A stretch of 63,905 nt of DNA, counting the filler, from Octopus bimaculoides (taxonomy: Eukaryota), in the NCBI RefSeq assembly GCF_001194135.2. It is 4 parts of 4 records of this genome, joined end to end, with 100 filler letters (N's around TTAATTAATTAA, not from the genome) between each part and the next. Parts side by side here need not be neighbours in the genome. Positions count along the whole stretch, not along the records: positions 1 to 22,537 come from NC_068983.1; 3 more parts are not named here. One strand, 5' to 3'. A program made the translations under genes and the position numbers. The stretch's first letter is position 1. Each line of letters opens with the position of its first letter. The notes beneath the pieces were generated by a model. That model was given only the letters and a program-made list of their open reading frames with translations, was not told where the DNA came from and did not search any database. Shown here one piece after another: positions 1-11,821 of the stretch.

Positions 1-70
1 AAAAAAAAATTATAAAATTCCCCAATTTGTGTAATCATCATCATCCTCCTCACCATCTAATGTTTTAGTA

Positions 71-310
71 GTGGAGGTACGTGGCGTAGTGATTAGGGTG
101 TTGGACTCATGATTGTAAGATGGTGGTTTCGATTCCTGGACCAGGTGATGCGTTGTGTTCTTGAGCAAAACACTTCATTTCACGTTGCTCCAGTCCACTC
201 AGCTGGCAAAAATGAGTAACGCTGCGATGGACTAGCGTCCCGTCCAGGTGGGGGATATATACGCCATTGAAACCAGCCCTTAGGAGTCGGTACGACTCAG
301 AAAAGAATTT
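71..310 (+). mobile_element. tRNA-derived SINE, family C (Meta/MESC-domain-like)
   Basis: A box TGGCGTAGTG and B box GTTTCGATTCC. The body CTCCAGTCCACTCAGCTGGCAAAAATGAGTA...GCGATGGACTAGCGTCCCGTCCAGG resembles the Meta-domain as I recall it. Related copies at 27060-27150, 28030-28372 and 42925-43082. Confidence 0.75.
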
Positions 311-1588
311 TACTGTTTTTGGTAGTGAAGAAATGATGCCAGGTTAGGTGCTAGCTGTTAATAAGGCCATAAAACCATTAATACAACCTGTGCCATTGAC
401 TCAAAACCGAAAATTGGTCCCGAAATGCAGCTGGATGAAAACATCTTAGTTAACATTGGATACACAAGCCTGTCCTGAGACGACAAACAACAACTTGTGG
501 TCAGTCATCTTAAGCATTAAGTCAAATCTGAAAGAGGATGGTGCTTTAAACGTGAGCTGAAAGAGTCCACTTGTTTACTGCGTCATTATCAGTGTATATA
601 TGTTCCCAACAATATAAATAAAGTGATTGTTTTCGCAAAGGTTATTTTATTACGAACACTGTACAACGGTGTTGCCGAATTATCGAAGCTCATCCCTTGT
701 TTCTCCTTTTTAAATTATGTAGAAACAGTCATCGGAGATTTTATTTGGTTTTCTTTGGCAATTACATCTCGACCAAGAAACAGAAACATTACAGAACACT
801 TCGTATAAATAAATAAACTCTATCTGGATATATTGCGTACTCTTTCTCTCGTTTATGAGGGGAAAAAAACACTGAAAAATACTAAGTGTGTGTTTTATGT
901 CGGAAGCCGGTAATCGCACGTTCGGCGTGTTGGAATGATTTTCTTAGATTCATTAATGAAATTGAATTTACGTGGTTCAGAACATTTTCCTATTTACCTG
1001 TTTGAAATAATACAAACGAAATATCGCTTATTCTAAACAGGGTTAACAAAAAAAAACCTTACAAATCGGTAAAATAAAGTGTAAAACTACATTTTGAGAG
1101 GTGGCTTGTGTCGGCAAAAATATAAATAATGATAATAATAATTAATGCAATTAATAAAATTCATAAAGAGTGCATTGACATTTCGAGTAGAGACTTTGTT
1201 GAAGAAAATTGAGGAAGACCCTGGCCTTAAAGGTCAAAACTCAATTTCCTCTCAAAAGTCGACGAATTTACCCTAATTTTTACGAATCTTTTTTTAAATC
1301 GATAAAAACCCGTTTCATTCATTTTAAAATAAAAATACTGAAAATGTGTTTAACCAGTGTGAATTGCCTGAAATGATAGATTTTTTCATCAGTTGTCCGA
1401 TATATAATTTATAAATATTACTTAAATCTGTTAATTATTTAAAAATTGTGATATTTCAAGGAAAGAAAAAGCAGCGAAGAGAAAAGCATGCGATTGGAGG
1501 GACAAGGGAGGGGACAGGAGGAATTCTAGGGAGATATGGGAAATATCTCGGTAAAAAACATTTGCAAATATAGGAAAAGGTAAAGTAC

Positions 1589-1689
1589 CAATCAAATTTT
1601 CCAGCTTGGTCTTCGAACAAAGCAGAAGCTGCATTAAATGATAAAACAAACAACAATGTTGATAAAGTTGAGAGGAAAAATGTGGCCAT
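1589..1689 (-). CDS. EMC1: ER membrane protein complex subunit 1, coding exon 1 (signal peptide + LFEDQAGKFDW); remaining exons not seen in window
   Basis: MATFFLSTLSTLLFVLSFNAASALFEDQAGKFDW matches the EMC1 N-terminus (hydrophobic signal, then xYEDQxGKFDW). The 101-nt exon ends TG|GT inside the Trp codon (phase 2), the position I recall for vertebrate EMC1 intron 1. Confidence 0.9.
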
Positions 1690-1800
1690 TTTCGATCAGC
1701 TGGAAGAAATGCTTCTTTTTATTGTAGAGAGTTCCATACAAGGGATGTAACTCGTGTCGGCAGCTTCGAATTGTGAACACTAAAAGTTAGATGTGGATAT
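1680..1800 (-). promoter_or_regulatory. Putative EMC1 5' UTR/core promoter
   Basis: Lies immediately upstream of the ATG. The start context AAAATGGCC is YY1-like and the region is locally CpG-richer. Inference only; no TSS data. Confidence 0.35.
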
Positions 1801-1980
1801 TCCGTTTAATCAGTTTTGCAGCTTTTAGGACCCTAAATTGAAAGGGGAAAAAAATTCATGGGCTGAATCTCCGGCTTGAATTTTGATTTATAGTTATATC
1901 CACCATTTCGCTTCACTCACATTTATTAGTGGAGAAGTGCATTGCCATCACAAAATCCTGTCTTCATTATATAAAACCTA

Positions 1981-3500
1981 TATTACATGGGAAAATGTGA
2001 GCAAGAGAAATAATATTCTTAAGATTATAAACCTAGAAAAGTACAGGACAAGTTCTTACACTCGAAAAAATTCAGGACAAATTATTACATCTGATAAAAT
2101 ACAGAAGAAGAAAATTTTTACTTAAAATATTGCAGCTTAAGGATAAAATTTCAAATAAAATATTTAGATTTAGAAAATATTAGCTTTTATTAAAACTAAA
2201 ACTTTTATTACAGGTTATTACTTCTCTTTGTTGTTACTCGTTACTTCTATTAAAAATAAACAAATAACTCAAAATATTTTTTCCACTTTAAAAAAAAATT
2301 CATCTTTTTAAATTATTAATTAATAATAAGAGATTAGAAAATAAGTTATAAAAAATAATAGTAGCACATAATTAGTGTGTACAATAAATAGAATTTAAAA
2401 AAATAGTTATATATTACAGTAGAATCTACCTCTAACAACAAATTCACAGTAAAATTTGCTTGAGCTATTGCCTAAGTTATTGCCAAGTCTTCATATTTTA
2501 AATCTTGACCCAATGCCTATTTTTACCTCCGCCTTAGCAAAGGCGAGGGTATTGTTTTCAGTTGTGTTTGATTGTTTGTCTGTGGACAAGATATCTCAAG
2601 AACCGCTGGATAGATTCGGATGAAACTTGCAGGAATGTTTGGCCTTATGACTGGCACGAACTGATTAGATTTTGGGATCAATCTGGTACTGGAGAAGGAT
2701 TCTGAATTATTTTTCCTCTATTTTACTTAATTTTTGAGAGCAGTCAGGTTCATTTTTAGTATTCTTGTTTGTGAGCGCAATCAAGTTTATTTCAGATATT
2801 CTTATTTTAAAAATCATCTCCAGCTAACTGTTGAGAGGACGTTGGTGTTGCATTGGCAGAGGTTTACACTCTCTGAGTACTCTTGTTTACATAATTAATT
2901 TGCCTACCATATATATTATTCTACTTTGCATAAAACTTTAGCAATATTGGTACTTTTGGCTCTCATTTTTTAAGTATTCTAGTGTGTGAGTATTTTAACA
3001 AAATGATGGTACTTTTTAAAATTATAATGTGACTTTGTAAATTGAAATTAAATAATTTTAATATTCAAATTTTATCCTGAGCTGTAATATTTTAAATAGA
3101 AAGTTTCTTGTTCTGTACTTTTCCACGTGTAATAACTTGTCTTGTACTTTCCCAGCTTTATAATCTTAAGAATATTATTTCTCTTGCTTGCATTTTTCCA
3201 TGTAATCCACGTTTTTTGCCATTATGCTAATTAATAATGTATCAATTAATAATTTAAAATTTTACGTTATTGAAAATTGAATAATAAATTCAATAAATCT
3301 CTAAATAATATTTTAATGTTGTAATACAGATGACGTAATTAAACTAATTGAAAATTAGCAATGTCATTAATAATTTTTTCCTTACCTCAATGACACTGGT
3401 GACATATATTAAAAGTCCCCTTATAGAACTATATTCATAAAAAAGTATAGAACTATATTACCACCCTCAAATGTGAGAAACAAACACTCATAACTTTGTT
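1981..3500. mobile_element. Foldback/palindromic element, copy 1 (about 150-170 bp inverted arms)
   Basis: 1982-2160 (ATTACATGGGAAAATGTGAGCAAGAGAAATAATATTCTTAAGATTATAAACC...) is the reverse complement of about 3060-3208. Whole unit is homologous, inverted, to 19975-20811. Confidence 0.8.
2520..2888 (+). mobile_element. Helentron-type non-autonomous element (HINE/DINE-1/Pearl-like) nested in the foldback element
   Basis: Starts in a T run with the hairpin ACCTCCGCCTT-AGCA-AAGGCGAGGGT, followed by GTTTG/GTCTG simple repeats and ATCTCAAGAACCGCTGG...GATGAAACTT. The 3' subterminal inverted repeat TTGGCAGAGGT and end CTCTCTGAGTACTCTTGTT fit. Absent from the second foldback copy. Confidence 0.65.
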
Positions 3501-4477
3501 CTTTTAAAACTTCCTTGCATGAGATTGATACCATGAGATTCCTTGAATTGAGCTCCATCATTTAAGCTTAATTAAAATATAGTTGTTTTTAAAATAAAAA
3601 AGTTAATTACACTTAAATCCAATTTTTTGCCTTCCTTATATTTTTTTCATGATATTTTACCTCACAACTTTTTTGATACAAATTTTTGCTGCATGGGACC
3701 AAAACTATGAAATTCTTCATGTTTTCTTCTATGAATGAAGCTAAGCTAAATATATTCTGCTTTTAAAATAAAGAAGTTATTTAGATCTAAACTTGATTGG
3801 AGGCATTACTCTCCTATAAAGTTTACATCAAAATTTTGATGTAAACTCTTTTCGACTGGACCAAATCTCAATTTTTTTAATGCCAAAATGTAGCTAGGGA
3901 CCAGCCCTCTTCAAAAATCTTAACAGTTTTCAATTTGATTAAGAACTGAATTAGCAACAAAGCTCTGAAGATGCTGCATGTGAGTAAATTGCAGCCTTAA
4001 GAATATTATTCAACTATTATTGTGGCTGAACGTTTTAGGCAAACTAACCAACACGGCTAATAAAATGAAGGCTACAAGTTTTGTTGGATTTTTATTTTGT
4101 CATTCAACAATATTCACAAATTCTTTGAATTATGGCTGCTGTTTATTTACTTTTATTACTTAATTATTTTACTTTCTTTATCTGGTTCCATCATTGGATT
4201 AAACAGTCATTTACCATATCATGAACAAATTGCTTTTTTGGGCATTGACACACTAAAGTTTTGACATTTAGCAGCATTCTTGGTAGAAACTCACAAGATT
4301 TATCCATCATTTTCCAACAACAACTTTGGCCATCTTTTTGGATTCAGTACTTCTTCCGTTTGTGGAAAAGATTATAAAATCAAAAAACAGCAGTACCCAT
4401 GACTTTTGGAAACATTTTTTCCACACTGAAAATTGTCAAAGCATGAATAAATTTTTCACATCAAAAATTCCATGCTT

Positions 4478-4700
4478 CCTAAAATTCACCAACACCATTC
4501 CTGATATACTTCTTTACCATTTCCTTTTTATAGCTCTTCTGCTATTGTTTTTTTTTTTTTATTTATTCTGTCTCCTGTCCATGACTTCCATTGCTGTCTT
4601 TCTTTCTTTATTGCTGCTTTCTGTTCCCTATTTTTACTCATTCTCAATGAATTGTAGAGCATCTGAGCACTACATACAACAAACTCATTATTGTTACCAT
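4478..4700 (+). repeat. Dispersed repeat, 3 local copies (also 14892-15075, 19078-19230)
   Basis: Shared CCATGCTTCCT(G/A)AAATTC(A/G)(C/T)CAACAC..., with TTGTAG(A/T)GCATCTGA(G/A)CACTA and an (ATT)n tail in the first two copies. Class not determined. Confidence 0.6.
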
Positions 4701-4866
4701 TATTGGCAGCAAACTGGCAGAATTGTTAGCATATCAGGCAAAATGCTTAGCGACATTTCATCTATTGCTACATTCTGAGTTCTGGGGTCGATGTAACCTC
4801 CCCAAAATGTCTGGCCTTGTGCAAAAATTTGAAACCATTGTTATTATTATCATTGTTATTATTGTT

Positions 4867-5335
4867 AAGGTGGCAAGCTGACAGAATCATTAGCACACCA
4901 GGTGAAATGCATGGTGATATGTCACCTGTCGCTACATTCTGAGTTCAAATTCCACAGCGGTCTACTTTGCCTTTCATCTTTTCAGGGTTAATAAAATAAG
5001 TACCAGTTGAACACTGGGGTCAATGTAATCGACTTAACCCCTTCCCCAAAATTGCTGCCCTTGTGGCAAAATTTGAAATTATTATTATTTTATTGTTGTT
5101 GTTGTTGCTGCTGTTAAGGTGGTATGCTGGCAGAATTGTTAGCACACCGGGTAAAGTGCTTCGTGATATTTTGCCCGTCGTTACATTCTGAGTTCAAATT
5201 CTTCTAGGTCTAATTTGCCTTTCATCTTTTTGGGGTCGATAAATTAAGTATCAGTGAAACACTGGGGTCGATGTAATTGACTGATCCCCTCCTCCAAAAT
5301 ATGAGGCCTTGTGCCTTTAGTAGAAAGGATTATTA
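4867..5335 (+). mobile_element. Two tandem family A SINEs (tRNA head + Nin-domain-like core); partial third copy at 4705-4830
   Basis: AAGGTGG(C/T)A...GCTG(A/G)CAGAAT...TTCTGAGTTCAAATTC (B box)...TTTGCCTTTCATCTTT...GATAAA...AAGTA(C/T)CAG...ACTGGGGTC. Confidence 0.85.
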
Positions 5336-5489
5336 TTATTGTTGTTGTTGTTAATGTTGTCATCATCATTATCACAAGTTTTGGGAAAAAGAAATTAATT
5401 AATCTTATTAGAAGAGATTTTATTGAACACTGAATGAATGAATGGTAAACCTGGTCGTGGAAAGGTTCAAACATAGAAAACAAGGTGCT

Positions 5490-6089
5490 TTAACCCCTTA
5501 GCATTTAAACCAAGCTTGTCCAGCCCCAATTTTTTACCTGGTCTGTCACACCAACCCCACAATATCATTCTAGAAATAAAGTTACATCATCAAAATCTTG
5601 AAGCTACAAAACAATGTGAATGGATAAGCATTACATTTAACAGAGTTAATCTGCTGAATGTTAAAGGGTCAAAGTACAGTCAGTCATCACTCATCAATGA
5701 GTGATGACTGACTGTAACATGTATCATGCTTTTGTTAAGTGTTCATCCCTTTAGTATTTAAACTGGCCAGATCCAGCTAGATCTGGACAAAATAGGACGG
5801 AATCTGTTGGTGAAGGTGTATGGCTAGGTAGTCGGGATGTTCAGTTCAGGATCATGAGATTGCAGGTTCTGTTCCTTGGTCAGGCAGTGCATTGAGGTCC
5901 TTAAGCTTAGGATTTCATTTTCATTTCTATTTGCACCCAGTCAATTTTATGCTCAAAATGACCAGATCCAGCTTCTCACACCTACCTCACAATGTCATTC
6001 TAAAAATAAACAATCATATCTTGAAGCTACAAAATAATGCCTGAATAAGTATGATATTCAACATAGTAATCTGAATGCTAAAGGGTTCA
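5490..6089. mobile_element. Two adjacent piggyBac-like MITEs (about 5490-5672 and 5745-6089); the second carries a degenerate SINE-head insertion
   Basis: Termini TTAA-CCCCTTAGCATT ... AATGTTAAAGGG-TCAA and CCCTTTAGTATT ... AATGCTAAAGGG-TTCA. Shared internal CACAAT(A/G)TCATTCTA...ATCTTGAAGCTACAAAA. Confidence 0.55.
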
Positions 6090-6361
6090 GGTGCCTCTGT
6101 GTTCAGGAGCAGACATAGATACCTTCTCCTACATGTTACCCATGACCTACTGCTACATGCAGGACGAAACAGCTAGAAAGAGAGAGAGAGTGTGTGTGTG
6201 TGGATGAGAGGCAGAGAGGGGGAGGGCAGGAGAGAGTGTGGGAAAGAGAGAGAGGGAGGGAGAGAGTGTGGAAGAGAGAAAGTGAGAGTGGGAGAGAGAG
6301 AGTGTGTGAGGAGAGACAGTGGGGAAGTATGCGATCAATTATGTTAATTAGATCTGGTCAA

Positions 6362-6690
6362 AGCATGGACTGTGGCCATGCTGGAGTACTGCCTTGAAGT
6401 TTAGTTGAACAAAACAACTCCAGTACTTATTTTTAAGTCTGGTACCAATTCCATCAATCTCTTTTGTTGAACTGCTAAGTTATGGAAGTGTTTGTCAACA
6501 CAAACATAACATGCACACACATACATAGGTTTCCACACAGTTTCCATCTACCAAATTCACTCACAAGGCATTGGTCAGCCTGGGGCTATAGTGGAAGACA
6601 CTTGCCTAAGGTGCCACACAGTGGGACTGAACTTAAAACCATGTGGCTGCAAAATAAGCTTCTTAACCACATGACCATTCAAACGTAGAA
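6362..6690 (-). mobile_element. Family B SINE (tRNA head + CORE-like GCACCTTGGGCAAGTGTC, internal (TG)n)
   Basis: Reverse complement carries the head ...CACATGGTT...GTTCAGTCCCACTGTGTGGCACCTTAGGCAAGTGTC and the 3' half ending CAGCATGGCC(A/G)CAGTC. Confidence 0.8.
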
Positions 6691-7604
6691 AGAAATTTAA
6701 AATTAATTATAATAACAAGACAGCAAGCATTTCCAAAGTACTCTTTAATTATTTTGTATTGTATGTTTATTACAATATATTTTAATTAATCAGAATACTC
6801 ACAATGTTAACTATAGTTAATAGTAATTAACAAAAACAAACAAACAACAACAACAATGACAACAACAAAAAACAACATCAATAGAATCAAAAGTTTTGAA
6901 ATAAATAAATACATAAATAAATAAATTAATTTAAAAAAAACATATATATATATAATCCATTAAAATAAATGAACCCATTAAAATAAACAAGGCGTTAAAA
7001 TAAATTTCTTATNNNNNNNNNNNNNNNNNNNNNNNNNNNNNNNNNNNNNNNNNNNNNNNNNNNNNNNNNNNNNNNNNNNNNNNNNNNNNNNNNNNNNNNN
7101 NNNNNNNNNNNNNNNNNNNNNNNNNNNNNNNNNNNNNNNNNNNNNNNNNNNNNNNNNNNNNNNNNNNNNNNNNNNNNNNNNNNNNNNNNNNNNNNNNNNN
7201 NNNNNNNNNNNNNNNNNNNNNNNNNNNNNNNNNNNNNNNNNNNNNNNNNNNNNNNNNNNNNNNNNNNNNNNNNNNNNNNNNNNNNNNNNNNNNNNNNNNN
7301 NNNNNNNNNNNNNNNNNNNNNNNNNNNNNNNNNNNNNNNNNNNNNNNNNNNNNNNNNNNNNNNNNNNNNNNNNNNNNNNNNNNNNNNNNNNNNNNNNNNN
7401 NNNNNNNNNNNNNNNNNNNNNNNNNNNNNNNNNNNNNNNNNNNNNNNNNNNNNNNNNNNNNNNNNNNNNNNNNNNNNNNNNNNNNNNNNNNNNNNNNNNN
7501 NNNNNNNNNNNNNNNNNNNNNNNNNNNNNNNNNNNNNNNNNNNNNNNNNNNNNNNNNNNNNNNNNNNNNNNNNNNNNNNNNNNNNNNNNNNNNNNNNNNN
7601 NNNN

Positions 7605-7646
<42 letters not shown>

Positions 7647-7802
7647 TATATATAGTGGTATATATAGTGTATACATAAAAAGTAAATAAAAAATAGGGTC
7701 TTCTTGAGATCATGTTTTCCATATTTTCTTTTTTTTTTGCATGAAGCCAAGTATTCTTAAAGGGGCCAGATCTGTGTTGCCTTAATACTATAAAAACTTG
7801 CC

Positions 7803-8128
7803 TCATGAAGGCAAAGAAACGATTTCACAAGCTTCATCGCTACTCTCATCATTATTATTATTTTCATCATCATCTTCATCGTCATCCTCCTCTTCCTCAT
7901 CCTCCTCATCGTCATCCACCTCCTCTTCTCCATCGTTATCATACTCATAGTCTTCATTGTCTTTATCTTCTTCGGAATTTCCAAAATCTTTATTGTCTGT
8001 TTCCAGGTGGACTCTGTCGCCGTCTGCCCCAACCAGGCTCTGTTTGCCCTCATCCACCAGTGAATCACTGCAAAGCAAAGAGGAAACATTCTTAGGTTCA
8101 AACAGCATTTGATCAATTATTAGATACT
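7803..8128 (-). CDS. AGTPBP1: Probable terminal coding exon of CCP1-like gene (Asp/Glu-rich tail)
   Basis: Acceptor AATTCAG at 8130/8129. Phase 1 fits the donor at 11821. Open to TGA 7805-7803: (K)YLIIDQMLFEPKNV...EEDKDNEDYEYDNDGEEEVDDDEEDEEEEDDDEDDDENNNNDESSDEACEIVSLPS. CCP1 proteins have acidic C-termini. No motif-level homology, so the link is inferred. Confidence 0.6.
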
Positions 8129-8166
8129 CTGAATTATTAAATATTAAATTAAATATTACAAATATA

Positions 8167-8197
<31 letters not shown>

Positions 8198-8203
8198 ATT
8201 ACA

Positions 8204-8352
8204 AAGGCGGTAAGCTGGCAGAATCGTTAGCACGCTGTACAAAATGCTTCGTGGTATTTCACCTGTTGCTACGTTCTAAGTTCAAATTCTGCAGAGGTCG
8301 ACTTTGCCTTTCATCTTTCAAGGTCAATAAATTAAGTACTAGTTGAGTACTG
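8204..8352 (+). mobile_element. Family A SINE
   Basis: AAGGCGGTAAGCTGGCAGAATCGTTAGCACG...GAGGTCGACTTTGCCTTTCATC. Confidence 0.85.
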
Positions 8353-9511
8353 GTGTTTTGTNNNNNNNNNNNNNNNNNNNNNNNNNNNNNNNNNNNNNNN
8401 NNNNNNNNNNNNNNNNNNNNNNNNNNNNNNNNNNNNNNNNNNNNNNNNNNNNNNNNNNNNNNNNNNNNNNNNNNNNNNNNNNNNNNNNNNNNNNNNNNNN
8501 NNNNNNNNNNNNNNNNNNNNNNNNNNNNNNNNNNNNNNNNNNNNNNNNNNNNNNNNNNNNNNNNNNNNNNNNNNNNNNNNNNNNNNNNNNNNNNNNNNNN
8601 NNNNNNNNNNNNNNNNNNNNNNNNNNNNNNNNNNNNNNNNNNNNNNNNNNNNNNNNNNNNNNNNNNNNNNNNNNNNNNNNNNNNNNNNNNNNNNNNNNNN
8701 NNNNNNNNNNNNNNNNNNNNNNNNNNNNNNNNNNNNNNNNNNNNNNNNNNNNNNNNNNNNNNNNNNNNNNNNNNNNNNNNNNNNNNNNNNNNNNNNNNNN
8801 NNNNNNNNNNNNNNNNNNNNNNNNNNNNNNNNNNNNNNNNNNNNNNNNNNNNNNNNNNNNNNNNNNNNNNNNNNNNNNNNNNNNNNNNNNNNNNNNNNNN
8901 NNNNNNNNNNNNNNNNNNNNNNNNNNNNNNNNNNNNNNNNNNNNNNNNNNNNNNNNNNNNNNNNNNNNNNNNNNNNNNNNNNNNNNNNNNNNNNNNNNNN
9001 NNNNNNNNNNNNNNNNNNNNNNNNNNNNNNNNNNNNNNNNNNNNNNNNNNNNNNNNNNNNNNNNNNNNNNNNNNNNNNNNNNNNNNNNNNNNNNNNNNNN
9101 NNNNNNNNNNNNNNNNNNNNNNNNNNNNNNNNNNNNNNNNNNNNNNNNNNNNNNNNNNNNNNNNNNNNNNNNNNNNNNNNNNNNNNNNNNNNNNNNNNNN
9201 NNNNNNNNNNNNNNNNNNNNNNNNNNNNNNNNNNNNNNNNNNNNNNNNNNNNNNNNNNNNNNNACTGCCTCTGGTTCTATGATACAAACACTCTGTTTTA
9301 ATATGATATCATTTAAAGCATTCCCTCATAATTACATGTTAATTTATGTTCCAAACATCATTACAATAATGAAAGTTATTGTTTTAGGCAGCCGATTGGT
9401 AGGGACATTAGAGCATCAGATAGATTGCTATACGATATTTGTTTCCATTCTCTATGCTCAGAGTCCAAATCCTGCCAAGGCCATCTCTGCCTTTCGTTAA
9501 TATATTTTAAA

Positions 9512-9725
9512 GGCTTCAAGCTGGTGGAATTGTTAGCATGCTAGGGAAAATGCTTAGCGGCATTTCATACGTATTTACATTATGGGTTCAAATTCTGCCA
9601 GGTCTGACTTGCCTTTCATCCTTTTGTGGTCAATAAAATAACTACCAGTAGAGAACTGGGAATTGATTTAACTGACTTAACTCCTCCCCCAAAATTGCTG
9701 GCCTTGTGCCAAAATTTGAAACCAA
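9512..9725 (+). mobile_element. Family A SINE
   Basis: AAGCTGGTGGAATTGTTAGCATG...GGGTTCAAATTCTGCC...GCCTTTCATCC...GGCCTTGTGCCAAAATTTG. Confidence 0.8.
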
Positions 9726-10523
9726 TACGGACATTTATTTTATTCAATTCTTAGTTATTTTCAAAATTAATTAAAACCAGTATATTTCAATAGAAATACG
9801 GTAATAAAAGGGTTAATGTTGCACATTTATAAATCAAGTGGGAAATTTTCAAAATGCCAGATAGTGAATATTCAGAAAAACAGAGCTTTACCAAAACACA
9901 CAACACCAAGAAATGTGAAAATTGCTTCACAAAATTTTAAACTACTCAATAAAAAGCAAAAGTTAATATCAAAATACAGGCAAAAAGAATGGTGTTATTG
10001 TAAGAAATTTCACTGCATTACAACTGAACTAACAGCAATCCAGCAGCCATTAATTTATGAGATCCAATCAGAAAACAGGATAATGACCATGTGATGAGGA
10101 AGTTCATAACAGCCTTTATAATGTTTCAGAGAGTGTACTGTTCCTCTGAAGAACTACACTATCAACACTGAGTATTAAGTGCTCAGCACTAACTATGCAG
10201 AGCTAATGAATGAGTGTGTGTGTGTGTGTTCATGTATGCATGTATGTAGATAGATAATATATATCGTTTCGGTAATACAGATTATTTTCTCAGACAAAAA
10301 TGGTTTTGTATCATTGGCATTAGTGAAGTGTACACATCAGTGAATGTGAAATAAATATCTGTATATCTATATCAAGTTATCTACATAATACTTTATTTGT
10401 AGTTTAACAAGGCAACCAATGGTTTCACGTCAAGAAATCTTCACAATTGTTCCAGTGTGCCACATGGAAGAGTTGATACTGGTCTCCACTTTGGATGCAA
10501 ATACATGTGTGTGTGTATGAATA

Positions 10524-10602
<79 letters not shown>

Positions 10603-10723
10603 TGTAGTATATTGCCACTTAAGTGTGGCTGACCCCTAGGGGTGGATGTTACTGTTGCTTTTAGCCCCAGGAGGACATCTCCTCCAGCTGGCTTATCGAC
10701 ACACTACTGTGTCCTGTTTTAAC

Positions 10724-10756
<33 letters not shown>

Positions 10757-11821
10757 TATATANNNNNNNNNNNNNNNNNNNNNNNNNNNNNNNNNNNNNN
10801 NNNNNNNNNNNNNNNNNNNNNNNNNNNNNNNNNNNNNNNNNNNNNNNNNNNNNNNNNNNNNNNNNNNNNNNNNNNNNNNNNNNNNNNNNNNNNNNNNNNN
10901 NNNNNNNNNNNNNNNNNNNNNNNNNNNNNNNNNNNNNNNNNNNNNNNNNNNNNNNNNNNNNNNNNNNNNNNNNNNNNNNNNNNNNNNNNNNNNNNNNNNN
11001 NNNNNNNNNNNNNNNNNNNNNNNNNNNNNNNNNNNNNNNNNNNNNNNNNNNNNNNNNNNNNNNNNNNNNNNNNNNNNNNNNNNNNNNNNNNNNNNNNNNN
11101 NNNNNNNNNNNNNNNNNNNNNNNNNNNNNNNNNNNNNNNNNNNNNNNNNNNNNNNNNNNNNNNNNNNNNNNNNNNNNNNNNNNNNNNNNNNNAATCTAAC
11201 ATGCTTCTAATTCTACAGTGTATTGACCATTTTTAGGATTTTCTATCAAAAATTACAAAAAAAAAAAGAAAAAAAAAGAAAAAAGTATAGATACTTTCCA
11301 GATATACAAATAAAAGAGAATGAAAGGAATGGTAGAAGGAATGGCACTTTACTAAACAAAAATCTAGATTTCTATCTACACACATTTGTGTTTGTTCTAT
11401 ATTTACATAGAATTCCTTTTCGTCTCCATGCATTTTATTTTACCTTTCATGCCTGACATTTTGGGGCTTGCTCCTTCTTTTAATGTGGAGCCTACAGATA
11501 GAAAAGAATGCATTTATTTTCAATGGGGTTTCTTGTCTGTCTGTGTGTATGAAGGATTGAACATGTGATGAAATAAGTGAGGATGTAAAAATGTTCAGTA
11601 AAAAATATGTTGATTTATTGTGAAACAACCCATGGAATTGGCAGTTTTATCTACACTGAATCTAAACAGCTTGTCTTGCTTTTACACTGCTACTGTGAAC
11701 ACATACATAGAAACATCCCCCAGTTTGGAACGTAACCACCTCTTGGACCCATTCTTATAATTATAAATAACAAGGAAACATGAACGATAAAGTTGAAACT
11801 TTCTACAAAACCTGTTTATAC

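Noticed and set aside
4326-4778. 150-aa ORF with hydrophobic stretch
   Set aside because: It overlaps a three-copy dispersed repeat, a T run and a SINE head; no recognisable domain.
7757-8116. Alternative frames over the acidic exon (Met/Arg-rich minus ORF, His/Pro-rich plus ORF 7805-8095)
   Set aside because: By-products of the GAT/GAA/GAG trinucleotide composition. Only the acidic frame has a phase-compatible acceptor.
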